A stretch of 64,000 nucleotides of DNA from Bacteroidales bacterium (GCA_036261265.1 DATALC010000054.1:61884-125883); one strand, 5' to 3'. Counted from the first letter of the stretch, positions 49,127-58,796 are shown. Notes: generated by a model not told the origin, from the sequence alone. Numbers and translations: made by a program.

Positions 49127-49921
49127 TTAAAGGGTGTTTATCGTCTTTCTTAAAATGACAAGTTTTCTTAACAGATCATCCATTCCGGATAGTTTAAGCA
49201 TATTTGCTCCATCCGATTTGGCTTTTGAAGGATCAGGATGTGTCTCGATGAAGATTCCATCAGTCCCGATGCTTATTGCAGCTCTACCGATTGTTTCTAT
49301 CATCTCCGGTTTTCCTCCTGACACACCCGCTTCCTGGTTTGGCTGCTGGAGTGAATGTGTAATATCCATAACAACCGGCACTCCGTTCTTTTGCATTTCG
49401 GGTATGTTCCTGAAATCTACAACAAGATCCTGGTAGCCGAACATATTTCCCCTGTCGGTAAGCATTATATTATTATTTCCTGATTCTCTTACTTTCTCAA
49501 CCGCAAACTGCATTGATGCACCCGAAAGAAACTGGCCTTTCTTTATATTGACCCATTTCCCTGTCTTTGCGGCTGCTGTAAGAAGGTCCGTCTGGCGGCA
49601 AAGGAATGCAGGGATCTGAAGAATATCAACATATTCCGCTGCTAAGCCTGCTTCATCCGGATTATGTATGTCGGTAATAACAGGAATAGAGTATTTGCTT
49701 CTGACTCCGGATAGAATTTCAAGGGCTTTCCTGTCACCTATTCCTGTAAATGAATCTGACTTTGACCTGTTGGCTTTCCTGTATGAAGATTTAAAAACAA
49801 ATGGGAGCCTGTATTTCTCTGAGAGTTTGACAAGATGCTCGGCAGTCTGATAAACAATCTCCTCACTCTCTATAACGCATGGTCCTGCAATGAGGAAGAA
49901 ATTGCCTGAGTCCTTGTACAT
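49127..49921 (-). CDS. kdsA: 3-deoxy-8-phosphooctulonate (KDO-8-P) synthase
   Basis: Has FFLIAGPCVIESEE, FKSS..KANRS, K.GQF and HSLQ.P. The start is either the ATG at 49921 (MYKDSGNFFLIAGP) or the ATG at 49954. The track's TTG at 49963 lies inside a -7 box. Confidence 0.9.
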   Translation of the reverse strand: MYKDSGNFFLIAGPCVIESEEIVYQTAEHLVKLSEKYRLPFVFKSSYRKANRSKSDSFTGIGDRKALEILSGVRSKYSIPVITDIHNPDEAGLAAEYVDILQIPAFLCRQTDLLTAAAKTGKWVNIKKGQFLSGASMQFAVEKVRESGNNNIMLTDRGNMFGYQDLVVDFRNIPEMQKNGVPVVMDITHSLQQPNQEAGVSGGKPEMIETIGRAAISIGTDGIFIETHPDPSKAKSDGANMLKLSGMDDLLRKLVILRKTINTL

Positions 49922-49960
49922 TATTCCTTGAATATCTGGTACAGCTTTAGACATATAAAA

Positions 49961-49968
49961 CAAATATA
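49961..49968 (-). promoter_or_regulatory. Candidate -7 box TATATTTG for kdsA
   Basis: Minus-strand TATATTTG, 39 nt upstream of the ATG at 49921 (6 nt upstream of the ATG at 49954). Confidence 0.45.
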
Positions 49969-50024
49969 ATAATAATTTAAAAATCTGGTTCAGGTTGTAT
50001 TAATTTGGTAGACAAGGGTAATCA

Positions 50025-51323
50025 TTAATGCTCGCCGTACTTATACATATCTTTCCATATTGCCGCGAGCCGTTTCCTGATCTCCTCTTCTTTCTGATTT
50101 CTTCCGGGTTCATAAAAAATTGTTCCTTTTATACCTTCGGGCAGGAAGTTATCTTTTACGAAATTCCCTTCAAAGCTGTGAGCATACTTGTAATCTTTTC
50201 CGTAACCTATGTTTTTCATGAGCTTTGTAGGCGCATTCCTGAGATGCAGGGGAACAGGAAGATCGCCTGTTTCTCTTACTTTTTCAATGGCACTGTCAAT
50301 AGCCATGTATGAAGCATTGCTTTTTGGTGAAGTTGCAAGGTAGACAGCGGTCTCTGCAAGTATGATTCTTGATTCAGGCCAGCCTATAACATTTATTGCC
50401 TCAAAGCATGATTGGGCAAGCAGCAATGCGTTGGGATTTGCCAGTCCTATATCCTCTGCAGCGAGGATCAGCATTCTTCGTGCAATAAATTTTGGATCTT
50501 CACCGCCTTCAACCATCCTTGCAAGCCAGTACACTGCAGCATTAGGATCACTTCCCCTCATAGACTTGATGAAGGCTGAAATTATATCATAATGCTGTTC
50601 ACCGTTCTTGTCATACATTGCGAGGTTTTTCTGCACATGCTTCAGAACCTTTTCATTATTTATCACAATTTTTTCGGATCCTTCATCAGCTTCAGCGCTT
50701 ACAACAAGTTCAAGGGCATTGAAAAGTTTCCTTGCGTCTCCTCCAGAAATGCGTATAAGCGCTTCATATTCATCAATTTCTATCTTATGAGCCGCAAGAT
50801 AAACATCCTTTTTCAGCGATCTGTCGATAAGAACTCTCAGATCATCCTCCGATAAAGGATTCATTATGTAAACCTGGCATCTGGAAAGGAGAGGGGAGAT
50901 TACTTCGAATGACGGATTCTCGGTTGTGGCGCCTATTAAAGTAATAATACCCTGCTCAACGGCGCTTAATAATGAGTCCTGCTGGGATTTGTTGAACCTG
51001 TGAATTTCATCTATGAACAATATGGGGTTGGGCTGGTTGAAAAACTGTTGTTTTTTTGCCTTATCTATAGTATCTCTTACGTCCTTTACCCCTGAATGTA
51101 CAGCACTCAGTGAAAAGAATGGCCTTTTAAGCCTGTTGGCAATTATGTTGGCCAGAGTTGTTTTTCCCACACCCGGAGGCCCCCATAATATAAAGGAGGG
51201 TAAATTGCCTGTTTCTATGACTTTTCTTAATACACCGTTTTTCCCTACAAGATGTTCCTGTCCTGAAAATTCATCAAGATCTTTCGGTCGTAGCCTTTCG
51301 GCGAGAGGTTGATTAGCGAGCAT
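50025..51323 (-). CDS. rarA: Replication-associated recombination protein A (AAA+ ATPase RarA/MgsA)
   Basis: 432 aa with LAERLRP..L.EF.GQ.HL, GPPGVGKTT, FIDEIHRFNK.QQD, and the C-terminal MgsA region (HYD.ISAF.KS.RGSDP.AA.YWLARM). Confidence 0.95.
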   Translation of the reverse strand: MLANQPLAERLRPKDLDEFSGQEHLVGKNGVLRKVIETGNLPSFILWGPPGVGKTTLANIIANRLKRPFFSLSAVHSGVKDVRDTIDKAKKQQFFNQPNPILFIDEIHRFNKSQQDSLLSAVEQGIITLIGATTENPSFEVISPLLSRCQVYIMNPLSEDDLRVLIDRSLKKDVYLAAHKIEIDEYEALIRISGGDARKLFNALELVVSAEADEGSEKIVINNEKVLKHVQKNLAMYDKNGEQHYDIISAFIKSMRGSDPNAAVYWLARMVEGGEDPKFIARRMLILAAEDIGLANPNALLLAQSCFEAINVIGWPESRIILAETAVYLATSPKSNASYMAIDSAIEKVRETGDLPVPLHLRNAPTKLMKNIGYGKDYKYAHSFEGNFVKDNFLPEGIKGTIFYEPGRNQKEEEIRKRLAAIWKDMYKYGEH

Positions 51324-51337
51324 CCGGGATTTTTTTG

Positions 51338-51345
51338 CAAAAATA
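51338..51345 (-). promoter_or_regulatory. Candidate -7 box TATTTTTG for rarA
   Basis: Minus-strand TATTTTTG, 14 nt upstream of the ATG at 51323. Confidence 0.4.
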
Positions 51346-51436
51346 ATAAAACTAATACTGGTATGAATCTATCCCCGTGATTATCTCTCTGGTTTTTACT
51401 AATATTGTATGAAGATGAAATATCATATTAAGCGAA

Positions 51437-53140
51437 ATGATAAAAAACAAGATTGAAGCAGGCATTCTGGTCTTTATGTTCATTCTTACAGGATGTTCAG
51501 CAGGTAAAAAGACTCTGATTGAAGGTTCCGGCATCATTACTCCAAATGCGATGGTTGTCACGGCTCATCCTGAAGCATCCCGGGCAGGAGCATTAATTCT
51601 TAAATCAGGAGGCAATGCTGTTGATGCGGCTGTGGCAACTGAGTTTGCACTTGCTGTATGCTATCCTGAAGCCGGTAATATTGGTGGAGGCGGGTTTATG
51701 GTGATAAGAACAGCAGATGGAAGAACTGAGGTCATTGATTACCGCGAGAAAGCTCCCGGGCATGCCACAAAAAATATGTTTCTCGATTCATCAGGAAATA
51801 TATCTGACAACCTTAGTACAGAAACACACCTTGCAAGCGGGATCCCGGGTACTGTTGACGGAATGATCACTGCTCATTCAAAATATGGCAAACTTTCTTT
51901 TAACACTGTAATCCAGCCTGCTATTGATCTTGCAAAAAAAGGCTTTCGCATTACCGAAAAACAAGCCATAAAACTCAATTCGAACAGAGACGTATTTATT
52001 CAGAGAAATGCAGAAAAAACAGCGTTTGTGAAAGATTCACTGTGGAAAAAGGATGACATTCTTGTTCAGGAGGAGCTTGCAGGCACACTCGAAAGAATCC
52101 GGGATTACGGTCGCGATGGGTTTTATTCAGGCATCGTCGCCTCTGCTATCATGAATGAGATGAAACGCGGTAATGGCATAATTACATTAACGGATCTTGC
52201 AGATTACAGGTCAGTCTCGAGAGTACCGCTTTCAGAAGATTATAAAGGATATAAAATCATTACAGTACCTCCGCCTTCAGGTGGAGGAATCTTGCTGATC
52301 CAGCTTCTGCGAATGACAGAGCCTTATCCCGTTGCTGAATGGGGATTCAATTCACCGCACACAATACATCTGATAGTTGAAGCAGAAAGGCGTGCATTTG
52401 CTGACAGGTCAGAGCACCTGGGCGATCCGGATTATATGAAAGTACAATATAAATCTCTTCTTGATAAAAAATATCTTGAAAACAGGATGAGCAATTTTGA
52501 TGAAAAGAAAGCATCATTATCATCAGAGATATCACCGGGAAATCCGGAATCTTATGTTTCTGAAGAGACAACACATTATTCTGTTGTTGATGCTGAAGGA
52601 AATGCAGTTTCTGCAACGACAACGCTTAACGGCTCATTTGGCAACAGCATCGTAGTTCAGGGCGCCGGGTTTCTGCTAAACAATGAAATGGATGACTTTT
52701 CAGTTAAACCAGGTTATCCGAACATGTTTGGTCTTGTGGGAGGCGAGGTCAATTCAATTGCCCCGGGGAAAAAAATGCTGAGCTCAATGTCACCTGTAAT
52801 TGTTGAAAAAGAAGGAAAACTTTTTATGGTTACGGGAACACCTGGTGGATCAACAATACCAACAACAGTTTACCAGGTGATTATTAATGTAATTGAGTTT
52901 GGAATGAGCATCTCCGAAGCTGTGGATGCTCCAAGATTCCATCATCAGTGGCTTCCGGATATAATAATGTTTGAAAATGACAGATTCAGCCGTGGCTTGT
53001 CAGACACACTTCAAATGATGGGACATAAGTTGTCAGGGCCGGGTTCTATCGGTCGAATCAATTCAATAATGATCCTTGATAATGGAACCAGGGCGGCAGG
53101 AGCTGACAAAAGAGGCGATAACAGTGCCAGCGGGTATTGA
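51437..53140 (+). CDS. ggt: Gamma-glutamyltransferase
   Basis: 567 aa. It has a lipoprotein-like leader (LTGCS), GGNAVDAAVA, GGGGF, the autoprocessing/catalytic Thr in ETTHYSVVD, and GTPGGS.I. Confidence 0.93.
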   Translation: MIKNKIEAGILVFMFILTGCSAGKKTLIEGSGIITPNAMVVTAHPEASRAGALILKSGGNAVDAAVATEFALAVCYPEAGNIGGGGFMVIRTADGRTEVIDYREKAPGHATKNMFLDSSGNISDNLSTETHLASGIPGTVDGMITAHSKYGKLSFNTVIQPAIDLAKKGFRITEKQAIKLNSNRDVFIQRNAEKTAFVKDSLWKKDDILVQEELAGTLERIRDYGRDGFYSGIVASAIMNEMKRGNGIITLTDLADYRSVSRVPLSEDYKGYKIITVPPPSGGGILLIQLLRMTEPYPVAEWGFNSPHTIHLIVEAERRAFADRSEHLGDPDYMKVQYKSLLDKKYLENRMSNFDEKKASLSSEISPGNPESYVSEETTHYSVVDAEGNAVSATTTLNGSFGNSIVVQGAGFLLNNEMDDFSVKPGYPNMFGLVGGEVNSIAPGKKMLSSMSPVIVEKEGKLFMVTGTPGGSTIPTTVYQVIINVIEFGMSISEAVDAPRFHHQWLPDIIMFENDRFSRGLSDTLQMMGHKLSGPGSIGRINSIMILDNGTRAAGADKRGDNSASGY

Positions 53141-53290
53141 TAAATTTTGCTGTTCAATAAATTTTATTAAATTGCCTCAAATTTATTTTCTTTGAATAAA
53201 TAAATTAATACTTTTAACAGTTGTATATATATTATTGGTAATAAGCACACCCGTTATTATCGTAATTGAATCCACTCAGATGTTTCAACT

Positions 53291-54463
53291 ATGAAAAAAA
53301 CCCTGCTTGTCGTTGTAATTATTCTGGCAGTAATCCTGGCTCTGCCTGCATTTAATCTGATCCAGTGGTTCTTTCAGTCAAAAAAAACCATGGATATCAT
53401 TCTGCTCGACAAAACTGTTCCATCGGTTGAGCGGGAAAATCATAAGGCTTTCAGCTGGATAATGACCCATGACAGATATGTTGACAGCACACGGAAATCT
53501 TATAATTATAAGAAGGATTACTATGGATGGTTCCCCCTGCGTCCTCTCCGTGACCATGAATATAAAATTGTGGATTATCGTCTGACAGATGTAATAGAAT
53601 ATGCAAAGAAACACGAGGCTTTGTATATTGCCGATACCTATGGAGTGTTCTTCAATGACTGGTACAGGGGAATAAATAAAAGCAGGAGGACAAGGAAACT
53701 TTTTGGAGGTCTCAACAATACAGATAATCTCCTCATAAAAGAGATGAAGGACAGGAACAAGCTCGTAATTCTTGAGTATAATTCATTTGATTACCCTACT
53801 GCAGCTTTTGATTCTTACAGAACACAGGAGAGAATGGGAGTAGAGTTCACGGGCTGGACAGGCAAGCATTTTAATTCGCTGGATACCGCATCGAAAGATT
53901 TCCCTGTTTGGTTGCCGGGATACTACAGGAAAGAACATAAAAAACCTTGGACATTTACAAAAAGCGGTATAGTACTCATCAATCAGAAAAACAATGTAAT
54001 TGTCCTTGAGGAAGGTACTCATCTTTCAGGTACTTACCCTATAATTGTTTCTGATACAGCTTCATGTGAGAAATATGGTTTCTCATCAAAGGTTGCTTTC
54101 GATGAATGGTTCGATATTATTGTTCCTGTTTCATCACGTGTAATCTCTTCATATCATCTTCAGACAACTCCTGAAGGTGACAGCCTGTTGATGGACCATA
54201 ACCTGACAGGGGTTTTCCCTGCTGTTGTCCAGGAGTCAAATTCACCGAATGTATATTATTTCGCAGGCAATTTTGCATATTCTGATAAACCCGAATGGAC
54301 TGCACTATTTAAGAACATTGAGATTCTGAACAGGTTCTTCTACTCGGAAAAGGCTGATGATCCCCGCAGATTCTTCTGGCTATATTATAAACCTCTCGTA
54401 AGTACGATTTTTGGAGATTATTATAAGTCAATGAAGGGTCAGGTTACGGCAGTAGATAAATAG
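53291..54463 (+). CDS. Hypothetical membrane-anchored protein (390 aa)
   Basis: ATG ORF with one N-terminal TM helix (LLVVVIILAVILALPAF), then a Tyr/Trp-rich soluble domain. A terminator follows. No motif recognised. Confidence 0.6.
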   Translation: MKKTLLVVVIILAVILALPAFNLIQWFFQSKKTMDIILLDKTVPSVERENHKAFSWIMTHDRYVDSTRKSYNYKKDYYGWFPLRPLRDHEYKIVDYRLTDVIEYAKKHEALYIADTYGVFFNDWYRGINKSRRTRKLFGGLNNTDNLLIKEMKDRNKLVILEYNSFDYPTAAFDSYRTQERMGVEFTGWTGKHFNSLDTASKDFPVWLPGYYRKEHKKPWTFTKSGIVLINQKNNVIVLEEGTHLSGTYPIIVSDTASCEKYGFSSKVAFDEWFDIIVPVSSRVISSYHLQTTPEGDSLLMDHNLTGVFPAVVQESNSPNVYYFAGNFAYSDKPEWTALFKNIEILNRFFYSEKADDPRRFFWLYYKPLVSTIFGDYYKSMKGQVTAVDK

Positions 54464-54496
54464 ACTGATAACAGATAAAATCTGAAAGAATATCTG

Positions 54497-54528
54497 AGTA
54501 CAGGATGCAAATTCTGTACTTTTTTTTA
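54497..54528 (+). terminator. Intrinsic terminator after the 390-aa gene
   Basis: A 7-9 bp stem, agtacag(ga) / (tt)ctgtact, followed by T8. Confidence 0.7.
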
Positions 54529-54593
54529 TAATAGCTAATTAAGTCATAGCTTTGTAAATTCTTAACCGGTTCTTACTGGGTCTTAAGATGACG

Positions 54594-54831
54594 GATATGA
54601 GAAGATCAATCTATAAAGAAAAGTTTAAAGTCCCCCCCGGGGGATTCAGGGGTGGCATAGATGAATCTTCCTGCATTTATCACTCCCAAGCCCTCAAGCG
54701 GGCCTTAAATGTGGGATACGAGAAAATTCCCCTGGAAAACACCCCCAACCCCCCAAGTGGGGCTTAAAATACTTTATATGAGGAAATTAAGTTTTAAAGA
54801 AAATCAAAGTCCCCTTGGCTGGTTGGGGTAA
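54594..54831. repeat. Repeated modules with C-run/G-run mini-hairpins in a 445-bp spacer
   Basis: Two ~48-nt direct repeats lie at 54681..54728 and 54740..54788 (cac.cccaa..ccc.caag.ggg.cttaaa...at..ga..aaatt). Two related modules lie at 54594..54655 and 54776..54831 (ATGAGRAA...aaagtcccc...gggg). The four hairpins are at 54632..54643, 54690..54703, 54749..54762 and 54811..54828. Confidence 0.75.
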
Positions 54832-54908
54832 ATAAATTGATTTTCGAGCGGTTAGTCATAACGCCAGTAGGGCAAAAAAACTGAATAAAGCCTAAGAAAT
54901 ATTTTCAA

Positions 54909-55670
54909 ATGAAAATCTCAATTCTTCAGATCAATCCTGTTTGGGAAGATAAGACTGCGAATTTTATTAATATATCCCGAATGATGAGAGATCTATATGC
55001 AAGTACTGACCTCATCATATTACCTGAAATGTTTTCAACAGGCTTTTCAATGAATACAAGCCTTGCAGAAGAATATAATGGTACGACATTTAAATGGATG
55101 CGGGAACAGGCTGAACATGGAAAATTTGCTGTTTGCGGGAGTTTTATTGTAAGAGAGGATAATAAATACCATAACAGGTTTGTATTTGTGAGCCCTGAAG
55201 AAGTATGGTTCTACAATAAGAGGCATTTGTTCAGCATGGGCAATGAAGACAAATTTTTTACTCCCGGAAACTCAAGATTAATATTCAATTATAAAGGTTT
55301 CAGAATATGCCCGTTCATTTGTTATGATCTGAGATTTCCTGTCTGGAGCAGGAATCGAAGTGAATATGATCTTGCAATCTACTCTTCAAGCTGGCCTGCA
55401 GCACGCGCAAATGTATGGAGTACACTTTTAAAGGCAAGAGCCATAGAAAACCAATGCTATGTTGCCGGTGCAAACAGAACGGGTACTGATGGCAATAATA
55501 TACTCCATAACGGAAAGTCGCAGATCATCGATGCAAAAGGAGAAATAATCCTCTCGGCAGGAGAAAAAGAAGAAGTTTTCAGCGCTGAACTTTCTTTGGC
55601 TGAATTGAATCTTTTCAGAAAAAAGTTCAATACACTGAAGGATTCAGATGATTTTATCTTAAATACGTAG
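54909..55670 (+). CDS. Carbon-nitrogen hydrolase family protein (omega-amidase YafV-like)
   Basis: 253 aa. The catalytic triad context is present: PEMF (Glu), YNKRHLF (Lys) and ICYDLRFP (Cys). Confidence 0.8.
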   Translation: MKISILQINPVWEDKTANFINISRMMRDLYASTDLIILPEMFSTGFSMNTSLAEEYNGTTFKWMREQAEHGKFAVCGSFIVREDNKYHNRFVFVSPEEVWFYNKRHLFSMGNEDKFFTPGNSRLIFNYKGFRICPFICYDLRFPVWSRNRSEYDLAIYSSSWPAARANVWSTLLKARAIENQCYVAGANRTGTDGNNILHNGKSQIIDAKGEIILSAGEKEEVFSAELSLAELNLFRKKFNTLKDSDDFILNT

Positions 55671-55691
55671 AATTTAGATCAGTAGCAGCAT

Positions 55692-58619
55692 TTATTTCTT
55701 AAAGGCTTCCCATAATACAACGGCAGGATGAGATGCAACCTTGCCGGTTCCGTCCTTAATATGATGCCTGCAGCTTGTTCCCGGAGCAGATATTATTGTC
55801 TCAACAGATGCTTTTCTTACTTCAGGAAAAAGAATAAGCTCACCGATTTTATTTGAAAGATCAAAATGCTCTTTTTCATATCCGAATGAACCCGCCATCC
55901 CGCAGCATCCGGAAGGAATTTCCCTGACTGAATAGTTTACAGGGATAGATAGCATATCGATTGTAGATGATGAAGATGCAACAGACTTCTGCTGACAATG
56001 TGCATGTACAAGGACATCTCTTTTTTCTTCAGAAAACAGATTCCTGTCAATTCTTCCTTCTTTGTACTCTCTTGTTATAAACTCATCGAACATGAATGAA
56101 TTCGCGGCAATCTTTCCTGCAGCAAGCTTCTGATCTTCCCTCGCCAGCTCCGGGTATTCGTCTCTAAAACCAAGAATGGCTGATGGTTCAATCCCGATAA
56201 GCGGTGTGTCTTCTCCGATAATCAACTTCAACATATCGATATTCTTTCTTGCTTTTTTTGCTGCAGTTCTTACGAGACCTTTTGAAAGGAATGTTCTTGC
56301 ACTCACTTTGTGATCAGTAATTATAACCTTATAATTCAAAGCTGTAAGTAAGCGGATTGCGGCAATTCCTATTTCAGTGTCATTAAAATCAGTGAATTCA
56401 TCGACAAACAGGCAGACAGTCAGGATGGGTTCCTTCGGATTCAGCTTATCAAGATTCCTTTTAGCCCATTTGCGGAGAGTCGTATTATAAAGCAGCGGAA
56501 TAGAGCGTTTTGCAGCAAATCCAGTGAAGCGTTTTATTAAAGCTGATGTAAATTTGTTGCCAAGGAAAAAATTATATATATGCGGTATGTACGAACCTAT
56601 TTTGTTGAATAATGCAATATAAGCAATCATTCTGGTTCTCAATGGTATACCGTGCCTGTCATACCAGTGCTGCAGAAACTCTGACTTGATCTTAGCCATG
56701 TCCACGTTCGACGGACACTCCGACTTGCAACCTTTACATCCGATGCACAGATCAAGTATCTCGTACATCTCCTTATGATCCCAGGGATCATCTTTTTTCA
56801 GACACTCACGTACAACATTTGCCCGCGCCCTTGTCGTTTTATCTTCATCACCTGTTGCCATGTATGTGGGGCACATTATGCCGCCTATTCCGGAGGATTT
56901 CCGGCAATCTCCCGAACCGTTGCATCTTTCCGCTGCCCTGATTATGCCATCACTCGATGAGAAATCATACACTGTATCAATCATTGCAGTTGGAGCACCG
57001 GGTTCGTGTCTCAGGAAGGTATTCATCGGCGGAGTGTCGATTATCTTCCCGGGATTAAAAATACAAGCGGGATCCCAGCATTCTTTGACTTTCCTGATCA
57101 GGGCATAATTATTTTCACCCAGCATAAGAGGAATGAATTCACCTCTTAGTCTGCCGTCTCCATGTTCACCGCTTAAGGAGCCGCGATATTTTTTAACAAT
57201 CTTAGCCGTTTCAAGACCTATTGTCCTGAAAAGCTCCGCATCATTCTTATCCTTAAGATTCAGTACCGGTCTTATATGAAGCTCCCCTGTACCGATATGG
57301 GCATGAAACACGGCAGATTTATCATGTGATGAAAGCATTTGTTCAATCTCTTCCATGTATTCGGGGAGAACTTCGACACTGATTGCCGTATCTTCCATGA
57401 GTGTGACAGGTTTGCCGTCCCCTTTCATATTCGAGAGTACCCCCAGTCCGGCTTTTCTCAGATTCCATACTTTAGAAATATCCTTACCTCTTATAATCGG
57501 GAAAGCGTAACCGTAACCGGCTGCTTTCATTTCAGAAATCATCGCTGAAGACTCCTTATCTATCTCTTCATCGCTGTTTCTTACAAATTCAACTATTAAG
57601 ATTGACCCAGGATCACCTGCGAGGAAGAACCTGTTTTTTCTCTGGCTTATATTTTCTTCAGTGAGCTTCAATATTCTGTCGTCCATCATTTCAACGGCTG
57701 AAGGACCGTGTTTTAATGCTATGAGATTAGCCCTGAATGCATCATTCCTCTTTTCAAGGTGAACACATACAAGTGCTTTTTTCGAGGGGGGCAGAGGGAC
57801 AAGATTGAGCTTAATTTCAGTCGAAATTGCAAGTGTTCCTTCTGAACCGGTAAGCAAATTGCAGAAGTTGAATTTTCTCTGTGAATCAGGGGTGAATAAT
57901 GCTGATTCAAGGAGCATATCAAGAGCATAACCGGTGTTTCTTCTAGCGACATCAGGATGCGGGTATTCATCGCGGATACTCTTTTTATTCTTTTCATCCT
58001 GAAGGATTTCATGTATATTCCTGTATATTCTGCCTTCTATGTCATTCTGTTCGCACTTTTTCCTGAAAGTTTCATCATTAACGGGTCCGAAAACTGCAGG
58101 TGTAGAATCGCTAAGAACGGCTCTGATCTCAAGTGTATGTTCACGTGTTGACCCGTAAATCACCGAGTGTGATCCGCAGGCATTATTTCCCACCATCCCG
58201 CCTATATTGCACCTGTTTGATGTTGAAGTTTCAGGACCAAAGAACAAACAATACTCTTTAAGCTTCATGTTAAGTTCGTCAAGAACAACCCCCGGCTCTA
58301 CACGGACCCATTTTTCTTCTCTGTTGATCTCAATTATACGGTTCATATACTTTGAGATATCTACTATAATACCGCTGCTGACGACCTGCCCGGCGAGTGA
58401 TGTACCTGCTGCCCTGACTGTCAGTCCTATGTTTTCTTTTTTTGCAAAACGAACGAGCTTTTGAATATCAGATTCATTCTTTGGCCATACTACGGCTAAC
58501 GGCTGTTCCCTGTAAACTGAAGCATCAGTGGAATATATTGTTTTTGTTTTTAAATCAGTTCCGAGATCTCCATCCAGAGTCCTGGCAAGCTCTTCAATTT
58601 TTACCTGTAAATCGTTCAT
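55692..58619 (-). CDS. FAD-linked oxidase fused to Fe-S / CCG domains (YdiJ-like, GlcD-GlcF type fusion)
   Basis: 975 aa. It has an N-terminal FAD_binding_4-like region (VRAAGTSLAGQ), central ferredoxin-type motifs (CIGCKGCKSECP, and C.GSGDCRKS...CPTY), and C-terminal cysteine-rich CCG-like repeats (CCGMAGSFG). Confidence 0.8.
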   Translation of the reverse strand: MNDLQVKIEELARTLDGDLGTDLKTKTIYSTDASVYREQPLAVVWPKNESDIQKLVRFAKKENIGLTVRAAGTSLAGQVVSSGIIVDISKYMNRIIEINREEKWVRVEPGVVLDELNMKLKEYCLFFGPETSTSNRCNIGGMVGNNACGSHSVIYGSTREHTLEIRAVLSDSTPAVFGPVNDETFRKKCEQNDIEGRIYRNIHEILQDEKNKKSIRDEYPHPDVARRNTGYALDMLLESALFTPDSQRKFNFCNLLTGSEGTLAISTEIKLNLVPLPPSKKALVCVHLEKRNDAFRANLIALKHGPSAVEMMDDRILKLTEENISQRKNRFFLAGDPGSILIVEFVRNSDEEIDKESSAMISEMKAAGYGYAFPIIRGKDISKVWNLRKAGLGVLSNMKGDGKPVTLMEDTAISVEVLPEYMEEIEQMLSSHDKSAVFHAHIGTGELHIRPVLNLKDKNDAELFRTIGLETAKIVKKYRGSLSGEHGDGRLRGEFIPLMLGENNYALIRKVKECWDPACIFNPGKIIDTPPMNTFLRHEPGAPTAMIDTVYDFSSSDGIIRAAERCNGSGDCRKSSGIGGIMCPTYMATGDEDKTTRARANVVRECLKKDDPWDHKEMYEILDLCIGCKGCKSECPSNVDMAKIKSEFLQHWYDRHGIPLRTRMIAYIALFNKIGSYIPHIYNFFLGNKFTSALIKRFTGFAAKRSIPLLYNTTLRKWAKRNLDKLNPKEPILTVCLFVDEFTDFNDTEIGIAAIRLLTALNYKVIITDHKVSARTFLSKGLVRTAAKKARKNIDMLKLIIGEDTPLIGIEPSAILGFRDEYPELAREDQKLAAGKIAANSFMFDEFITREYKEGRIDRNLFSEEKRDVLVHAHCQQKSVASSSSTIDMLSIPVNYSVREIPSGCCGMAGSFGYEKEHFDLSNKIGELILFPEVRKASVETIISAPGTSCRHHIKDGTGKVASHPAVVLWEAFKK

Positions 58620-58667
58620 GTAACTTAAATGAAGCTGCTAAAATAGGAAAAACAATTTCATGAAGCG

Positions 58668-58712
58668 TTAATGTCGGTGTTGAAATACATTCCTTGTGAA
58701 GTCTGACATTAA
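58668..58712. promoter_or_regulatory. Inverted repeat TTAATGTC-N29-GACATTAA in the divergent spacer
   Basis: Read directly. The arms are 8 bp each. It lies between the YdiJ-like gene (-) and pta (+). Confidence 0.3.
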
Positions 58713-58796
58713 TCATGTTTTTTGAAATTGTTTAATCGAACTTTTTTTTCGTACATTTATGACAAATTTTCGAACGTTTTAATTAACTGATACACA

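Noticed and set aside
54588-54767. 59-codon ORF (MTDMRRSIYKEKFKVPPGGFRGG...) as a protein-coding gene
   Set aside because: The reading frame runs through three repeated hairpin modules. The Pro/Gly content comes from the C/G runs, and a related module downstream is read in a 17-codon ORF. It is more likely a repeat or RNA element, and it is kept as a finding rather than a CDS.
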